Shown here one piece after another: positions 1 through 12,462 of a stretch of DNA of 64,000 nt. The position numbers were made by a program, and so were the translations under genes. The first letter of the stretch is position 1. Each line of letters begins with the position of its first letter. The stretch covers positions 248,001 through 312,000 of the forward strand of contig CBFFRP010000146.1 in the NCBI GenBank assembly GCA_965644295.1, read 5' to 3'. The notes beneath the pieces are model-generated. The model was not told where the DNA came from. It did not search any database and saw only the letters and a list, made by a program, of their open reading frames with translations. Origin of the DNA: Paraphysomonas bandaiensis. Taxonomy: Eukaryota; Protista; Chrysophyceae.

Positions 1-869
1 AAAAATCTGAGCTGGACAAGTCTTTCGTAGAACTGTCTCATTACAGCACGATCCTTGGACCTCAATACCTCTTGAACCTCATTTGTAATTTTGACTACCT
101 TACGATGACGCTTCACACTAAAAAATAGAACATTTAATACCCGTCTATATCGTTTTTTTGCATAACGCTCCTCTCCACACAACTCATGTGCCATCTGTTC
201 GCATTTGCTCTTCAGGCGTGAGAAAAAAGCATTCTTCCAGCACCGCCACCTGATTCTATTTTCTGTGTAATATTCACTCACTATACACGCCCTCCGCCTT
301 AACACAGAAAGTTCGAAAAGACGTCTAAATGCAGATTGGCAGCGTCCTTTCATGTATCGTTCATCGTGAATGCTCTCCAAGTGTTTACTCGAGCAAGTTT
401 GAATAGCACGCTGCAAAAATACACCCAAGGCCTTTCGAAGAGCATGTTTCCGTGCTTTCTCCATATTATGTAGACAATTAAACTTACGGATGATTCGATG
501 TCGCCATTGTATAATATATTGAATGATAGCTCGCTTGCGCCTGAAGCGTATGATTGCTTCCTGCTGGTGGTGCTTCCTCATTCGAACTAGTGCCTGTTGT
601 GAAGGTACCAATGATTTCGAATTACTTGGAATTCCATGATAGACACTTAGATTCGTGTCATCATTAAGAGAGTCTAAGTCATGCACCATCTCCCACACAG
701 CCTGACTTCTATTTTCCAGTTCTTTTTTTTTGGTTTGCAACCACTTTGTATTAATATCTTTACTCTTCGAGTGCTCCTCACTCTGTCGTCTGCCATTTAT
801 ATCAACATATACACGACTGTGTGTATTAGATGATAGATGTGAGGCAATATCCAGTGATGCCCCTGCACC
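1..869 (-). CDS. Partial CDS running off the left edge; basic, helical hypothetical protein
   Basis: Manual translation gives an unbroken frame from an AG acceptor at ~870 to position 1 (GAGASLDIASHLSS...WLQTKKKELENRSQAVWEM...RQFYERLVQLRF). It is absent from the ORF track because there is no stop in the window. Upstream exons were not resolved. Confidence 0.6.
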
Positions 870-1537
870 CTACACATGCATTAGTTAGATTGATACAGCG
901 TATCATATGGTCTTACGTAGTAATCATACAGCACCTCCCGATTGGCCATATCACACTATCAACCCAATGCAATGTAATCCAGCATGTAGATATATAAAGG
1001 GTTATGTGGACGATAAGATGGCTGCATATCGTTCTGAACTATCATGACTGCCACTGTTCAATGTATACATACATATGCATACATATATAAGCCCCTATGC
1101 TCTATATGTATGTGTGTGTATTGTACATGGGGAAGATACTGTGGGCTAACAGTCATTTTTCTGTATTACCGGTATACTGTATCTGATAATACGGTGGGTA
1201 CTTGTTGACATGTACCTATTCAGAATGTTGTAATGTATATAGGTACATATATGAATATGATGTATACCATCATGTACGTACGACAGTCTGAGGAATAGTG
1301 GGTTCCACTGGCTATGGACAGCCCCCCACTCTTTCCTATCTAGTTGTACTTGTACGTATAGACCCATATACTGCTGTACACAGGTATCGATGTCTAGATG
1401 TAGTGTATAGTTGTGTGCCTGTGATCGTCCACTATAACCACATCACATCACATCACTGTTCTCTCAAGGAAACATATATATACACTATCTGTATATCTAT
1501 TTAACACGAGAGTTGGTGTCTGTCAATATCAGTCCGA

Positions 1538-2284
1538 ATGTCTTGTCCTTTCAAAGTGCTCAGTGTACCAAAAACAGCAACATTAGCTGAGATTAAGACT
1601 GCATATAGACGACTCGCTCTACAGCTACATCCAGATACTAATGGAGGGGATAAGGAGAAATCAGAACGATTTAAGAAAGTATCAGCGGCATATGACACTC
1701 TGACTGATCCAGAGCAACGAAAGAAATATGAATTCGAATCATCAATGAGGAATGCGTCTCAGTGGGGCAGTGGGCGTGGAGGCTATACAGTATACACGAA
1801 TCATACTCCGCGATATGCACATGGACAGGAGTTTCACTTTAATCAGGCAGAATGGGATGCATATCACTATGGCATTGATGAAGACGAATTCGACTTCTTT
1901 TCGGGGGAGGAAGTTGTTATTGAGATGGTTAATGGGAAGCCTCACGCAAGGCGATCTTCTCGAAAAAAAGGGGGCGGAAAGAATAATGGTCGCAGGCAGA
2001 GACAAGAGGATATATTTCATGGCTTCTCAGAAGCAGAAATTGAGGATATTATTAGGAATAGTGGGGCGTTTGACTCTCCAGAAATCAATCAGCACTACAA
2101 GCACCAGCAACAGTGGAAGTCGAATACTCGTTCACACTCCGGTAACAAAAATCATAATAGAAACAACACTAGTAAGGTGTATGGCCACAAAACTAGTGGA
2201 ACGGGAGGTAGTTCCAGTACAAAAAAGCGGTCATCACGGAGGCGTAGGGGAGGAGGCGGTAATGAGGATTGTGTTGTGTCGTAG
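1538..2284 (+). CDS. J-domain (DnaJ/Hsp40 type C) protein with C-terminal CaaX motif
   Basis: N-terminal J domain (EIKTAYRRLALQLHPDTN...F..VSAAYDTLTD), basic low-complexity tail, ends CVVS-stop. Confidence 0.9.
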   Translation: MSCPFKVLSVPKTATLAEIKTAYRRLALQLHPDTNGGDKEKSERFKKVSAAYDTLTDPEQRKKYEFESSMRNASQWGSGRGGYTVYTNHTPRYAHGQEFHFNQAEWDAYHYGIDEDEFDFFSGEEVVIEMVNGKPHARRSSRKKGGGKNNGRRQRQEDIFHGFSEAEIEDIIRNSGAFDSPEINQHYKHQQQWKSNTRSHSGNKNHNRNNTSKVYGHKTSGTGGSSSTKKRSSRRRRGGGGNEDCVVS

Positions 2285-2659
2285 CGACATGCAACTGAGT
2301 ATCTCAAATTTTGTATATTACCAGCTTGATGCCAGTTATATAACTTGTAACTAGATGTTGTCGTTGAAACTGCTAATACCTGTATAGCATTTTAAAGTCT
2401 AAACATTGTCTTTGAGATGCGTAATAAAGTCAATCGAGGCTATACTGATGGGACACTTGACATGTAGTGTAGCAAATCGCCAATAGCAAGTCTACACGAC
2501 TACTACAGCTTGGTCATTGTAAAATACTTCCACCATAAGTTATCATAGTCGTCGTAGTATTCTTGTGCGGTATGCACTTAATGATATCTATAAATAACTT
2601 TAATAAATAGACAATTTGTCACTGACATCTACATCGGTGGGCCTCAGAAAACAGGAACG

Positions 2660-3310
2660 TACATATATATTACCTATAGGTAGCTGGTAGCTTCCTACAG
2701 GAATCCTATAGGTACTTTATTAATTATACCTCCTGGTACGTATTAAGAACTTGTCTAGTACCTATAGATACATTTCAGCTATATAGATATAGATAGACCT
2801 ATAGGATTTTAAAATAGGACCACCTATGTGTGGCAAGACCAGCTACCACTATATAGGTGGGTCCTATATCTGGGTAGCTAGTAATCGCATTAGGAAACCC
2901 TATTAGGAACACCTATAGGTACTAAGCCAGTTCCTAGTTCTTAATATGTAACTATAGATACTACCTATTATTGACATTGCTACATATAGGTGGAAGGCCA
3001 GCTATAGGCTCTGGGTGGGTCCTATTTCTTGATACCTACTAATAATCGCTTTAGAAACCTCTCTTGCGCACTATATTTTTGACCTATAGGTTCTGCCTAG
3101 ATAGCTAACACAGCTGAGACACCTATTAGTACGATTATATGGTACCTATAGGCAATGTCCGCTAGCAACTACAAGATGTGGCAACTAACCTAAAGGTATA
3201 ATTTTATGGTACCTATAGGTGGTGAGAAATAGGCACCTACCTGAGGCATCTACTATAGGAATACCCCCAGCAAGAGGTACCTAATATAAGTAAATACCTA
3301 ATAGGTATGC
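2660..3310. repeat. Low-complexity tract with recurring CCTATAGG palindromes
   Basis: (A)CCTATAGG(T) or close variants at ~2672, 2705, 2797, 2911, 3083, 3143 and 3211, plus many half-sites (cctat, atagg). No ORF. Confidence 0.65.
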
Positions 3311-3322
3311 ACGAAGTACCTA

Positions 3323-3812
3323 GCAGTGAATATTTCTGATTATTAGCAATAGAACTAATGTAGCAAAAAAATTTAACTAACTATAGTGCTTAACTCTGGT
3401 ATCCTACTATTTGGCGCTACAAAAGCTGCTTGTACAACCACTTTCGCTCTCTGTCTTTAAAGTTAACACCCCGGATACTGGACTTCAGTAGGCGGCCCAA
3501 TACCCCGAATGACCTGAAATGGGCTCATTCGAGGATGTTTGACTTTTCAGCAGCAGGCAGCCCAATACCCTGGTTGCCCTTGAGATGGACCCATTCCCGG
3601 ATGCCTGTGAAGTTGTCAAGGCTCAAAGATGTCTACACAAGTGACACTTATTTGTGTCCCTTGTACTACATAAGCATTAAGCTATGAGTGGGCAGAACAA
3701 CAATATCTGCTGACTGTATATTATGTGATTCACGTTAGTTTCCCTGAGAAAATATATCTGTACTTATCCCCCAGAACACCGCGAGAAGGTGCGGGCCTGA
3801 CTTTGTTGAGGG
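3323..3812. mobile_element. ~490-bp dispersed element, copy 1, flanked by a 12-bp direct repeat
   Basis: Reverse-complement homolog of 27654-28102 (shared blocks GATGTCTACACAAGTGACA, TGAGTGGGCAGAACAACAATATCT, GACTTTGTTGAGGG). ACGAAGTACCTA occurs at 3311-3322 and 3813-3824. Confidence 0.8.
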
Positions 3813-4248
3813 ACGAAGTACCTATATTTTGAAAGCAGCGTTATGAATTCCAGCAGCATTGTCGTCCAGATGACACTCAACAATCGGGGTCTTGTTATGA
3901 GTTCGTCAAACAATGTACAACGTTGTGGAGAACAAGTTGATACTCACAATCCTTTTGTAGTTCTATTAGGTGATACCTTACGCTCATTGTATGTATTCAC
4001 CTCACACCTCACTACCACATCGCACCAAAACTTTACAGCCGTCGTGTATGATAGGATGATGCAATAGATTGCTCCACCCATTACCCTTCTTTCGCCTCAG
4101 AACACCTTTCCTACAGGACACTTGAGGCGTTGTGCTATACAGCTTAATATGCTATCGAGAATCTATATAATTAAGCCAGTAAATTAGTAGCAATTAAACG
4201 GCAAAATTTACCAAGAATAATAATTGGATTTATCATTTACCAGCCTCT

Positions 4249-4932
4249 ACCTTTGGTATACCCTTAACACTGTGATCTAAGACTACATATAATATAACTG
4301 TGTTTTAGATTTATATTTACTTGAAGCTCAGTCTAACTGTTAATTGGCAATTCAATTATTACCCAAGCCTGACGTATACTGCACTTCATACTCGTGCGTA
4401 CTACTATCATAGTGATTACCAGGCTTGCGTAATAATTAATTGGCAATTACTTGGTGACAGATGTCCAACAATTACTAATCTCAATCATCGAATTATTGAC
4501 AAGGGAGGTAATTAATTGGCTATAATTGCCAATTAATTACCTTCAATTCTATTGCTAGATTTTAGAATAACTTTCTGAACTATAATCTCATTCTAAATTA
4601 ATTGGCAACATTTTTACCAATAATATAATTGAAATGATCACTTCTAAAACCAATTAATTGTTATGCAAGCCTGGTCATTTCAGCCTGAATCAATTTCTCT
4701 AAAATAATACTATAATCATTCACATTATAATATTATCTGTTATTACTGTCTGTTTCTACCACAATGTCGATTGTGTTTTATTAATGAAGACATATAAAAA
4801 AGGTGAATTGTGATATCTGTACAACTGCGGAATAACAAACCTAGTTAGACTGAGCTTCAAGTAACTATAAATCTAAAACACGGTTATATTATATGTAGTC
4901 TTAGATCACAGCGATAAGGGTATACCAAAGGT
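4249..4932. mobile_element. Element bounded by ~90-bp inverted repeats (MITE/foldback-like)
   Basis: 4249-4338 (ACCTTTGGTATACCCTTA...GAAGCTCAGTCTAACT) is a near-perfect reverse complement of 4843-4932. Confidence 0.8.
4420..4673. mobile_element. Nested hAT-like MITE
   Basis: ~24-bp TIRs CAGGCTTGCGTAATAATTAATTGG ... CCAATTAATTGTTATGCAAGCCTG. Flanks GTGATTAC / GTCATTTC (6/8 match) resemble a decayed 8-bp TSD. Confidence 0.65.
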
Positions 4933-4943
4933 TCTTTCACATA

Positions 4944-7108
4944 TCAGGGACAGGTTTCACCATTCTTCCATTCGGAAGTGTTATGAGCAGCTGCGTATAG
5001 AAACAGTTACAGCTGTTTAATACAAGTACTGTACAAATAATATCACGTTAAACAATTTTACAATAAAACACTCAGACAGTTATTTAAAATGGAGATACGA
5101 TGCAACTCACCCACAAGCATATCCATTATATTATGTAGAGTACAAGGTTTAATGATGACTTCATCAGCTCCAGCCGCAAAGAAAGAAGCTCGTTCTTCAG
5201 GCATCGCATTTCCAGTAAGAAATGAAATATACCCCTTATATCCACCCTCTTTAATGAGACGCGTAGCTTCAATGCCATTCATTACGGGCATGTTTACGTC
5301 CATAATTATAACATCAAAAGGGTTATTATCAACAGCCGATGTCCTTACAGCTTCTACAGCTTCCATCCCGTCAGCAGCTTGTGATACAGATCCAACATAT
5401 GAGCATACTAGACGGGATATCATTTTTCGATTCACTGCAGAGTCATCAACAACTAAGACTCGCCCAATTTTAATGTCATTAATTGTGGTGCGTCTTGCAT
5501 CGAAGTTGTTGCGAGAAGTGGATCCAGACTTGGGTGTTGATGCATAAATTTTGGGCGTTTGAGGCAAAAAACGACTCCGCAGAGTCTGGGCTGTGTCGAT
5601 TGCAGTTTCACTGAATCCAGAAATATTTGGCGTTGGCCTCCGAATACGTGGGTTCCGACTTACTTGTCACAAAGGCGTAGAAGTCAACTTGGCCACCAGG
5701 TGGAGTAAACTTAAGTGCATTAGATACAAGATTTCGAAGAACTTGACTGAATTTGCTGACATCGACATGAATATATATATCTTTGTTGGAAATAGAAGGA
5801 TCTATGTGCTTTTCATCCTTGTGACAAAATGATATTTTTTTTTGACGTGCCTAGTACTACATATTAGAATAATGAATTACTAGAGCATACGAGTATTATG
5901 TATCACCAAACGTGTATAAACGGCTTAAGTACCTGAATGTCAAACGGTTCTACCACAGAAGATAGTAGATCGTGTATCTTTATATCCTTCGTATCGAGGT
6001 GCAGATTCCCACCTTCTATTTTGTTTACAAGCAGAAAATCATCCAAAATATTCACTGCTACACAACACGAGTTTTCAATATCTGTAACAATATGCCGTAT
6101 CTCACTCAATGTTGCAGACTCTAGGGATTGTAGTCGACAATTTAACAGTTGTATCCCCATGTAGACTGTATTAAGTGGAGTTCTGAGCTCATGGGAAATA
6201 TAGCTGACAAAATCGCGTTTTGATTGAAGGATGTGCTGAAAATTAAAACAAACGCTGTTAAACATGAAGAACAGGAATAATAAAATAAATAAACATATGC
6301 ACAGCACACCAATAACTCATACGATCGAAACACTCACCTCCGCAACAGATTTTTCGTGTCTCGCCAGTCGTCCAGGGATCACAGTGGCGATAATGCATAT
6401 GAATATATCACCTACGACGGTGTAGGTAGGTTGCTCTAAACCAAACGCCACTACATATTTACAAATAAAATTCAAAACTGACAAAACTACATAGAACGTA
6501 TTAAGGTCTCTCTTTCTCCATAGACGTTTCATACACAGTGCAAGTAGCATGACTTGTGACAAAATGTCACATACAAGCGACGCATGCATCCAGTTGTTAT
6601 TTAAATAGGGAGAATCGAATATATACCACAGTCTCGCTTGTAGAGGAAAAACAGTTAATATTGAAATTGAAAATGTCATGATTTTGGTTCCACTCCCGCA
6701 GCCATCATGAAGAAGGAAACTCAGTAGTGATCCTTTTAGCAAATATTCTCGGCAAAATATACAACACATGCCCACTGATATCGATCGTGCGGAGATGCTG
6801 CTAGTCGCAACATAACAAACGGCATTCGGAACAAAGAGAGCCGAAAAGAGCATCCACTGTGAGAATGTAATCTTCCATGGAAGATAATAGTCCAGAATAG
6901 TATCCAGTAGAAGTGGTAAAGAGGCTGAGATCGCCACCAGTACTAATGTCCGGTGTTCTTTCCAGTTAAAGTTTGATTGAGGGTCGAAATAACTCAAATC
7001 AGCGTCATTGTTAGTAAATATAAGAGGAAAGTATGCCGTTATGCTACATAAAAGAAAGAATAGCAAACAAACCTCTCGTGAGAAGTAAAGAGATAATACA
7101 CGCATCAT
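4944..7108 (-). CDS. Membrane-bound hybrid histidine kinase with truncated HATPase domain (possible pseudokinase or pseudogene)
   Basis: Multi-TM N-terminus (6317-7108); H-box FVSYISHELRTPLN; N-box FSQVLRNLVSNALKFTP (~5700-5750); receiver VLVVDD...IIMDVNMPVMNG...LTG...IKP (5058-5480). No G1/F/G2 boxes seen. Confidence 0.85.
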
Positions 7109-7199
7109 GGATATGTTTCTTTATATCAATATAAGTCTCATTATAGTCATATATATATGAGTCAGTAGGTATGAAACTCGTTATTGTTCTCACACCCCT

Positions 7200-7262
7200 C
7201 ATACTCATACTCATACTCCTCATACTCATACTCCTCATACTCATACTCCTCATACTCATACT
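7200..7262. repeat. Short tandem repeat (ATACTC / ATACTCCTC units)
   Basis: Directly visible tandem array just upstream of the histidine kinase start. Confidence 0.85.
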
Positions 7263-8652
7263 GTATGTTGAATTAAGATATGAAGATATTCGTCACTGGC
7301 AGATGATCACTTCATACAGAGGGAAGTGATCTTCCCCTTCACGGGCATAGGAACTCCCTACGCACTTGTAGAAGTTCTATACACACTACGTATATCGTAC
7401 ATATACCGTCTTGTGTAACAATAAAAGTGCAGTATTTCTACCGTATACAGAGTACACGCACATACTATATTCGATTTTCGACATAAAACAACAGGTTTTT
7501 ATTTGACCACCTTGACTAGACACATAAAAACTGGGTATTTTTAAGTTAGCTGCATTGTTGTTATGGATGTACACTGCTGTACAGTAGCTCTGGTGTTGAG
7601 TGTCCACAAACGGTACATACATATAACAGAAGGATCTAAATCATGGCGCGCTATAAGATAATTCAGAGATGAGACTGAGAGTACACAGGAAGGGCTAACC
7701 CATTGCCCACATAACTACGGACATAAGTTAACCTCGTTAGAATGAGATGTGTTTCATTCAGTACGTATGTTTCTACACGTTTCTCACGAATATGAACAAT
7801 AGGCACTACAGGGCAGGTCTTGGGGACAACATATTGCAATACTATTGTTAGATAGCGTCTCAACAATAATATTGATGGAGTTGTGCAGTATATTGCAATA
7901 TGGTAGTATTGTGATTAAGTAACTAAACACTTGCGTAGATTCCAAACCTACTACACTGCCAGACAACCACTACCTAGTGCTTTTCTAATCACCACTTTCC
8001 TCGTACTCATTCTCTGAGCTATCATTGGTGATGTTATTATCACCAAATTCATTCAAAAGTAATTGAAATATGCATCCAGCCACAAGTGTCGATTAGCTTT
8101 CAGAAACTATGTCATAAGTGTAGTAGAATGCATACTTGTGTGCATCACAGAGATAATAAGTCTAGCTGCGCTGAACCGGCGTTTACGTGTATAGGAAGTA
8201 CTTTTCTCAAGTCGTCGAGCATTATGGCGGTGACATCGGAATTCTGCCGAGCAGTAGGAATTCTATCAGCCACTACATCCGGCGGCCTTTGACTCTTGAT
8301 ACAGGATCTTTCACAGGAACAATATTGATGGAATTTTTGGCCGGTCCACCAATCAGTATATCTTACAATATATTGTTCCCTATGCTGCTACAGGGTAATA
8401 TCACATACAATGTTGACCTGTATGTGAAATTTATGGACTGGCTTAGAACCTGATTCTTATATATATTTCTGGTGATAAACGATCGCAGACCAAACTATTC
8501 ATACTGGCGGTAATTAATCAGTTACTGATAATGATTCAGTGTATGATATCTAATATAAAACAGTAATAGAATTCAGGTCAACAAGTAGCGTAACATATAA
8601 ATCACAGTAAATACAAAAAGGAAAAATACTTCGAATTGCTTTGTACAAAAGA

Positions 8653-10532
8653 CTAAAACATAGATTGTCTGGAGGGATCGACGAGAGACTTATACTGTGG
8701 TTCCTGTACATTCGACACTCTACTAACGCAAAAATAGTAAACGATGGCTGTCATAAGTATAGTATTGGCACACAGCGAAAGCACCACAATAACGAAGACC
8801 CACAAGTCCATATCATACCACTTTGATTTCCTGCAGTGGTTGCAATCAGCTGAAATGGATGATTGGGGGTATAGGATCTCCATATTGACAGATCTCTGAC
8901 TACGATAAGCAGCCGGATAAGAAGTTTCGAACATTCTTGGGAGCCCATAAGAAAACACATCTGCCCACGAGGATAGGGAGTGGACACCACCGCGAGAACT
9001 AATGTACAGCAATGTGCTCGTGGTATCATCATCACTGAGCCCAACTTTATCCCACACGTTCACAAATTGGTCAACGTATTCTGAATATATTAGGGGTGTA
9101 TACATATTATTGATATACATCGGTCCTTCTTGTGTACCCAGTGAAACAACCACTGAATTAGGGAATGGATCACTGTAATCGACCTGCCCGTTCCACCTGC
9201 GACGAAAAGACTTGGTATCTGGCACTCGTAGACTAGCAAATGATTTTTGACTTATAACATCAGCTAATTCGCCACCATTCCACCACAGGGATGGTGAAAT
9301 GCCAAGTGATCGCTTATATTTCCCCGATCGAGTAACAGTTGCATAGCAAGCCATTAGTCCTCCCAAACTGTTGCAAACAGTAAAACACGGTGACATAAAT
9401 ATAATCACTAGGTTGCAATATACTCTTCAAACTGCTCATTACAAATATAATTGTCTACTGCTTACATAATATATACACATATCGATACTCTCGAATATAT
9501 CGTTCACTGACCTTGATCCCGATATGCTGACTTCCCCTATATCCATCCCAATGCCACTCAATACAGTAGGGATAATCTCATCCCAAATCATATCTAACAG
9601 CTTATCTCCTCCACCGGTTAACTGCTTGTCACTGCAATCAGTTGCAACATCAGAGTTACACTCTGACGGGGTGAATTCGTAATATCTTTGACTGCATTCT
9701 TCAGTGGCGCATCTCTCACTGTTCGTTCCTGGCGGGACACCAATAACAACCGTTTCAGGAATGTCACCACTAAGGATCAACGACTCTAAGCCTGTGTCAA
9801 GAAATTAGAAATACGGAAAACGCCATACTATAGAAATACGAAAACATCATTGCTTAAATATACTGATATGCTACCTGCTTGAGACACCATGAATTCGGTA
9901 ACAAAGTCTGACCCATCTAGAAGAACTAGTACATTCATTTGTCGATGTATATTGTTCTCTACATATGTTGATGGTACAAATAGTGAAATATTTCGGTAAT
10001 TTTTAAAATATGAGGAATAAAAATTGTGGATAGCGGTATGTACGGTTCCAGTAGCAAGCAAATCAAAAGCAGGATAGATACTCATATTCACTCTGGAGTC
10101 AACGTTTGGTATATATGTCGTATACGGCCCCTGTCGAGGAACACAAGTGCTACCTGCAAGGTATGAAACAGGAGGACAAGATTCAATTGTATTAAACTGT
10201 GAATTTTGGGATATCTGGACATATAATTGGCCCTCGTATTCACCTAGATCTAAATCGTACCGCCAGTGGTTGTTTTCAATTCGGTTGGATGAATTACTAA
10301 CGTACATTGAATAGTTCCCAAAGTCGGGGTAATATTGGCCATTAGATGTCAGAGATAATTCATAAGAATACGGTAAACTAGAGTAACCGAGGACGAAAAT
10401 ATTGCCCTCAGCACCGCTCTCTGATCGTATCAGGTGCTCTGGATAAAATATATCGATGGATAGTACAGATGCATGCACGAACTGTAACCCCAAACAAAGC
10501 AGTAATGATAAGAAATATATTCTAGTAATCAT
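8653..10532 (-). CDS. Secreted, membrane-anchored alpha/beta-hydrolase esterase (Fes/IroE-like 'putative esterase' family)
   Basis: Signal-peptide-like start; RNISLFVP.TY...VLVLLDG; VVIGVP; nucleophile elbow GSSLGG formed across an intron (~9510/9369); SPSLWW; GGVH; C-terminal TM helix; 3 exons. Confidence 0.8.
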
Positions 10533-11141
10533 GTGGAAGTATTTCGTTATTATGCATTGTGTGTTTTGCAATAGCTAATTTACACGCTCTCTATTTGGTG
10601 TATTGGATCATGTGCTCTCTGTTGGTACACATGTACCCGTATACAGTGTACATATATTCGTACCTCGATATGTATCGCAGTACAGTATATAGCCATCCAC
10701 TCCTGACATGGTTAGACCACAAGAACCAGTAGGAATTCCTATACAGTAGAATACGACTGTTCATCTCAGAACAAAAGAACAATCACAGCACTAGTAGTAA
10801 ACTTGAACTTCAATGGTAGAGTAATATTTAATACTCAAAACCAACAGTTTTTAGATGAAAATCCATATTTTTGTATGAAAATGCGTATTATTTCGAATTC
10901 TAACAACATGCACAGCAGGGAATTATGTGAAATGTAATAACCAATTAAAACACTTGAAAAGGATTTCCATAAATGTGATTAGATAATGGGATAGATCTCC
11001 CACTGAGAGTGCGAGGCAGCATGCTTGCAATGGTAGGTCTAAATGCGTTTGCAGGTATGTCATTAACATTCAAATCTTCCGCGGTTTATGCATAGAATGA
11101 TTGTTCAGACTTGCTTCTGGGTCATTTAATTCAACTATAGA

Positions 11142-12462
11142 ATGGGGTGTGGTGCATCTTTTTATTCCCTTAGACCTGAATGGAGCAGCTTTACACAGAG
11201 CGAGATGATTGGCGAGGGCTCCTACGGCACTATATGGCGAACTACTCATGCTCGTGATAAAACTCAATATGCCGCTAAAGTTATTAGTATTGATCAGTGT
11301 ATTAGTCGTTGTGGTGGTGCTGATGTCTTGAAGAGTGAAATTACAGCCTTGAAAAGAATTACTCATCATGCGCTCATATGTAATATGCATTACGCGCACC
11401 ACGATAACGTATATTGTACCATAATTTTAGATTTACTGGAAGGGGGGGATCTGAGATATCATCTTAATGATCATGTCGATTTTACTGAAAGTGATGTGGC
11501 TTTCATTGGTGCATGTATTGCATCTGCTTTGAGCCATATTCACAGTTGTGGAGTAATTCACAGAGGTATATATCCAATATTGTGTCGTGCATTAACTTAT
11601 GCTTTTAGATGTTAAACCTGAGAATATTGTCTTAGATTGTCAAGGGTATCCAAGACTTACTGATTTCGGTATATCATATACTGCAACTTCTAGTTTTGTG
11701 TGCACTGCCTCGAGTGGAACGGTTGGATACTTGGCACCCGAAGTGTTATCATCCTCCCACGCACATAGCTTTGAGAGTGATTTCTGGAGTTTGGGAGTTG
11801 TTATGTTTGAATTACTATTCTCTCAAAGACCGTTCGAACGGAACTGTCCAAAGAATTTTATCTCCTTCGTGGAAGAGACATATAAGGACCTGTGGTGTAT
11901 GGACAGATACAGCAATGCAAATAATGACGGTGATATCACCGTGACAACTACTCGAACGTGTTTTGATGAGTTTTCATTCAAATCGAAAGACAATTATAAC
12001 ATGTCAGATACTGTGGAAGAATATCAAAACAGTAAGCATATGATCAGCATTCCGCTGCCAAAATCGATGATGATTAAAATGCCGATTGTTTCCCAGTGCG
12101 ACAACCCTGTATCCGCTGAATTTGTCTCAGTTATCCGCGGTTTAATGGACGTCAGAGTGCCTCAAAGATTAGGTGCATGGTCCAATATTACTTCACTTCA
12201 ACGCCGTCTATTTTTTTGCGCACTAGATTGGCAAGATCTCATACAGAAGAAGATTACATCGCCGCTACATGTCGATGTGAACATCACCCGGGTTTGCTTG
12301 GACTTAAAGTATGCCAATAGGACTAAAACTGAAGCTAAACCAGTAAATCTTTCAAAACTACCACCCCGATTTCGATATATTTTGTCCATGTATTCACAGG
12401 GCCTTAACAACGAGAATACATCAAAGCTCGATACAAAAGGCTGCACTTTGCGGCCAGAATGA
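11142..12462 (+). CDS. AGC-like Ser/Thr protein kinase with N-terminal acylation motif
   Basis: MGCGAS; IGEGSYG; YAAK; IHR|DVKPEN split by a ~43-nt intron; TDFG; GTVGYLAPE; DFWSLG. Confidence 0.92.

Noticed and set aside
2660-3310. CRISPR-like array
   Set aside because: Repeats are only 8-12 bp and irregularly spaced, the context is eukaryotic, and there are no cas genes.
7400-8500. Short ORFs between the histidine kinase and the esterase
   Set aside because: No recognisable motifs or consistent exon chain; cannot support a gene.
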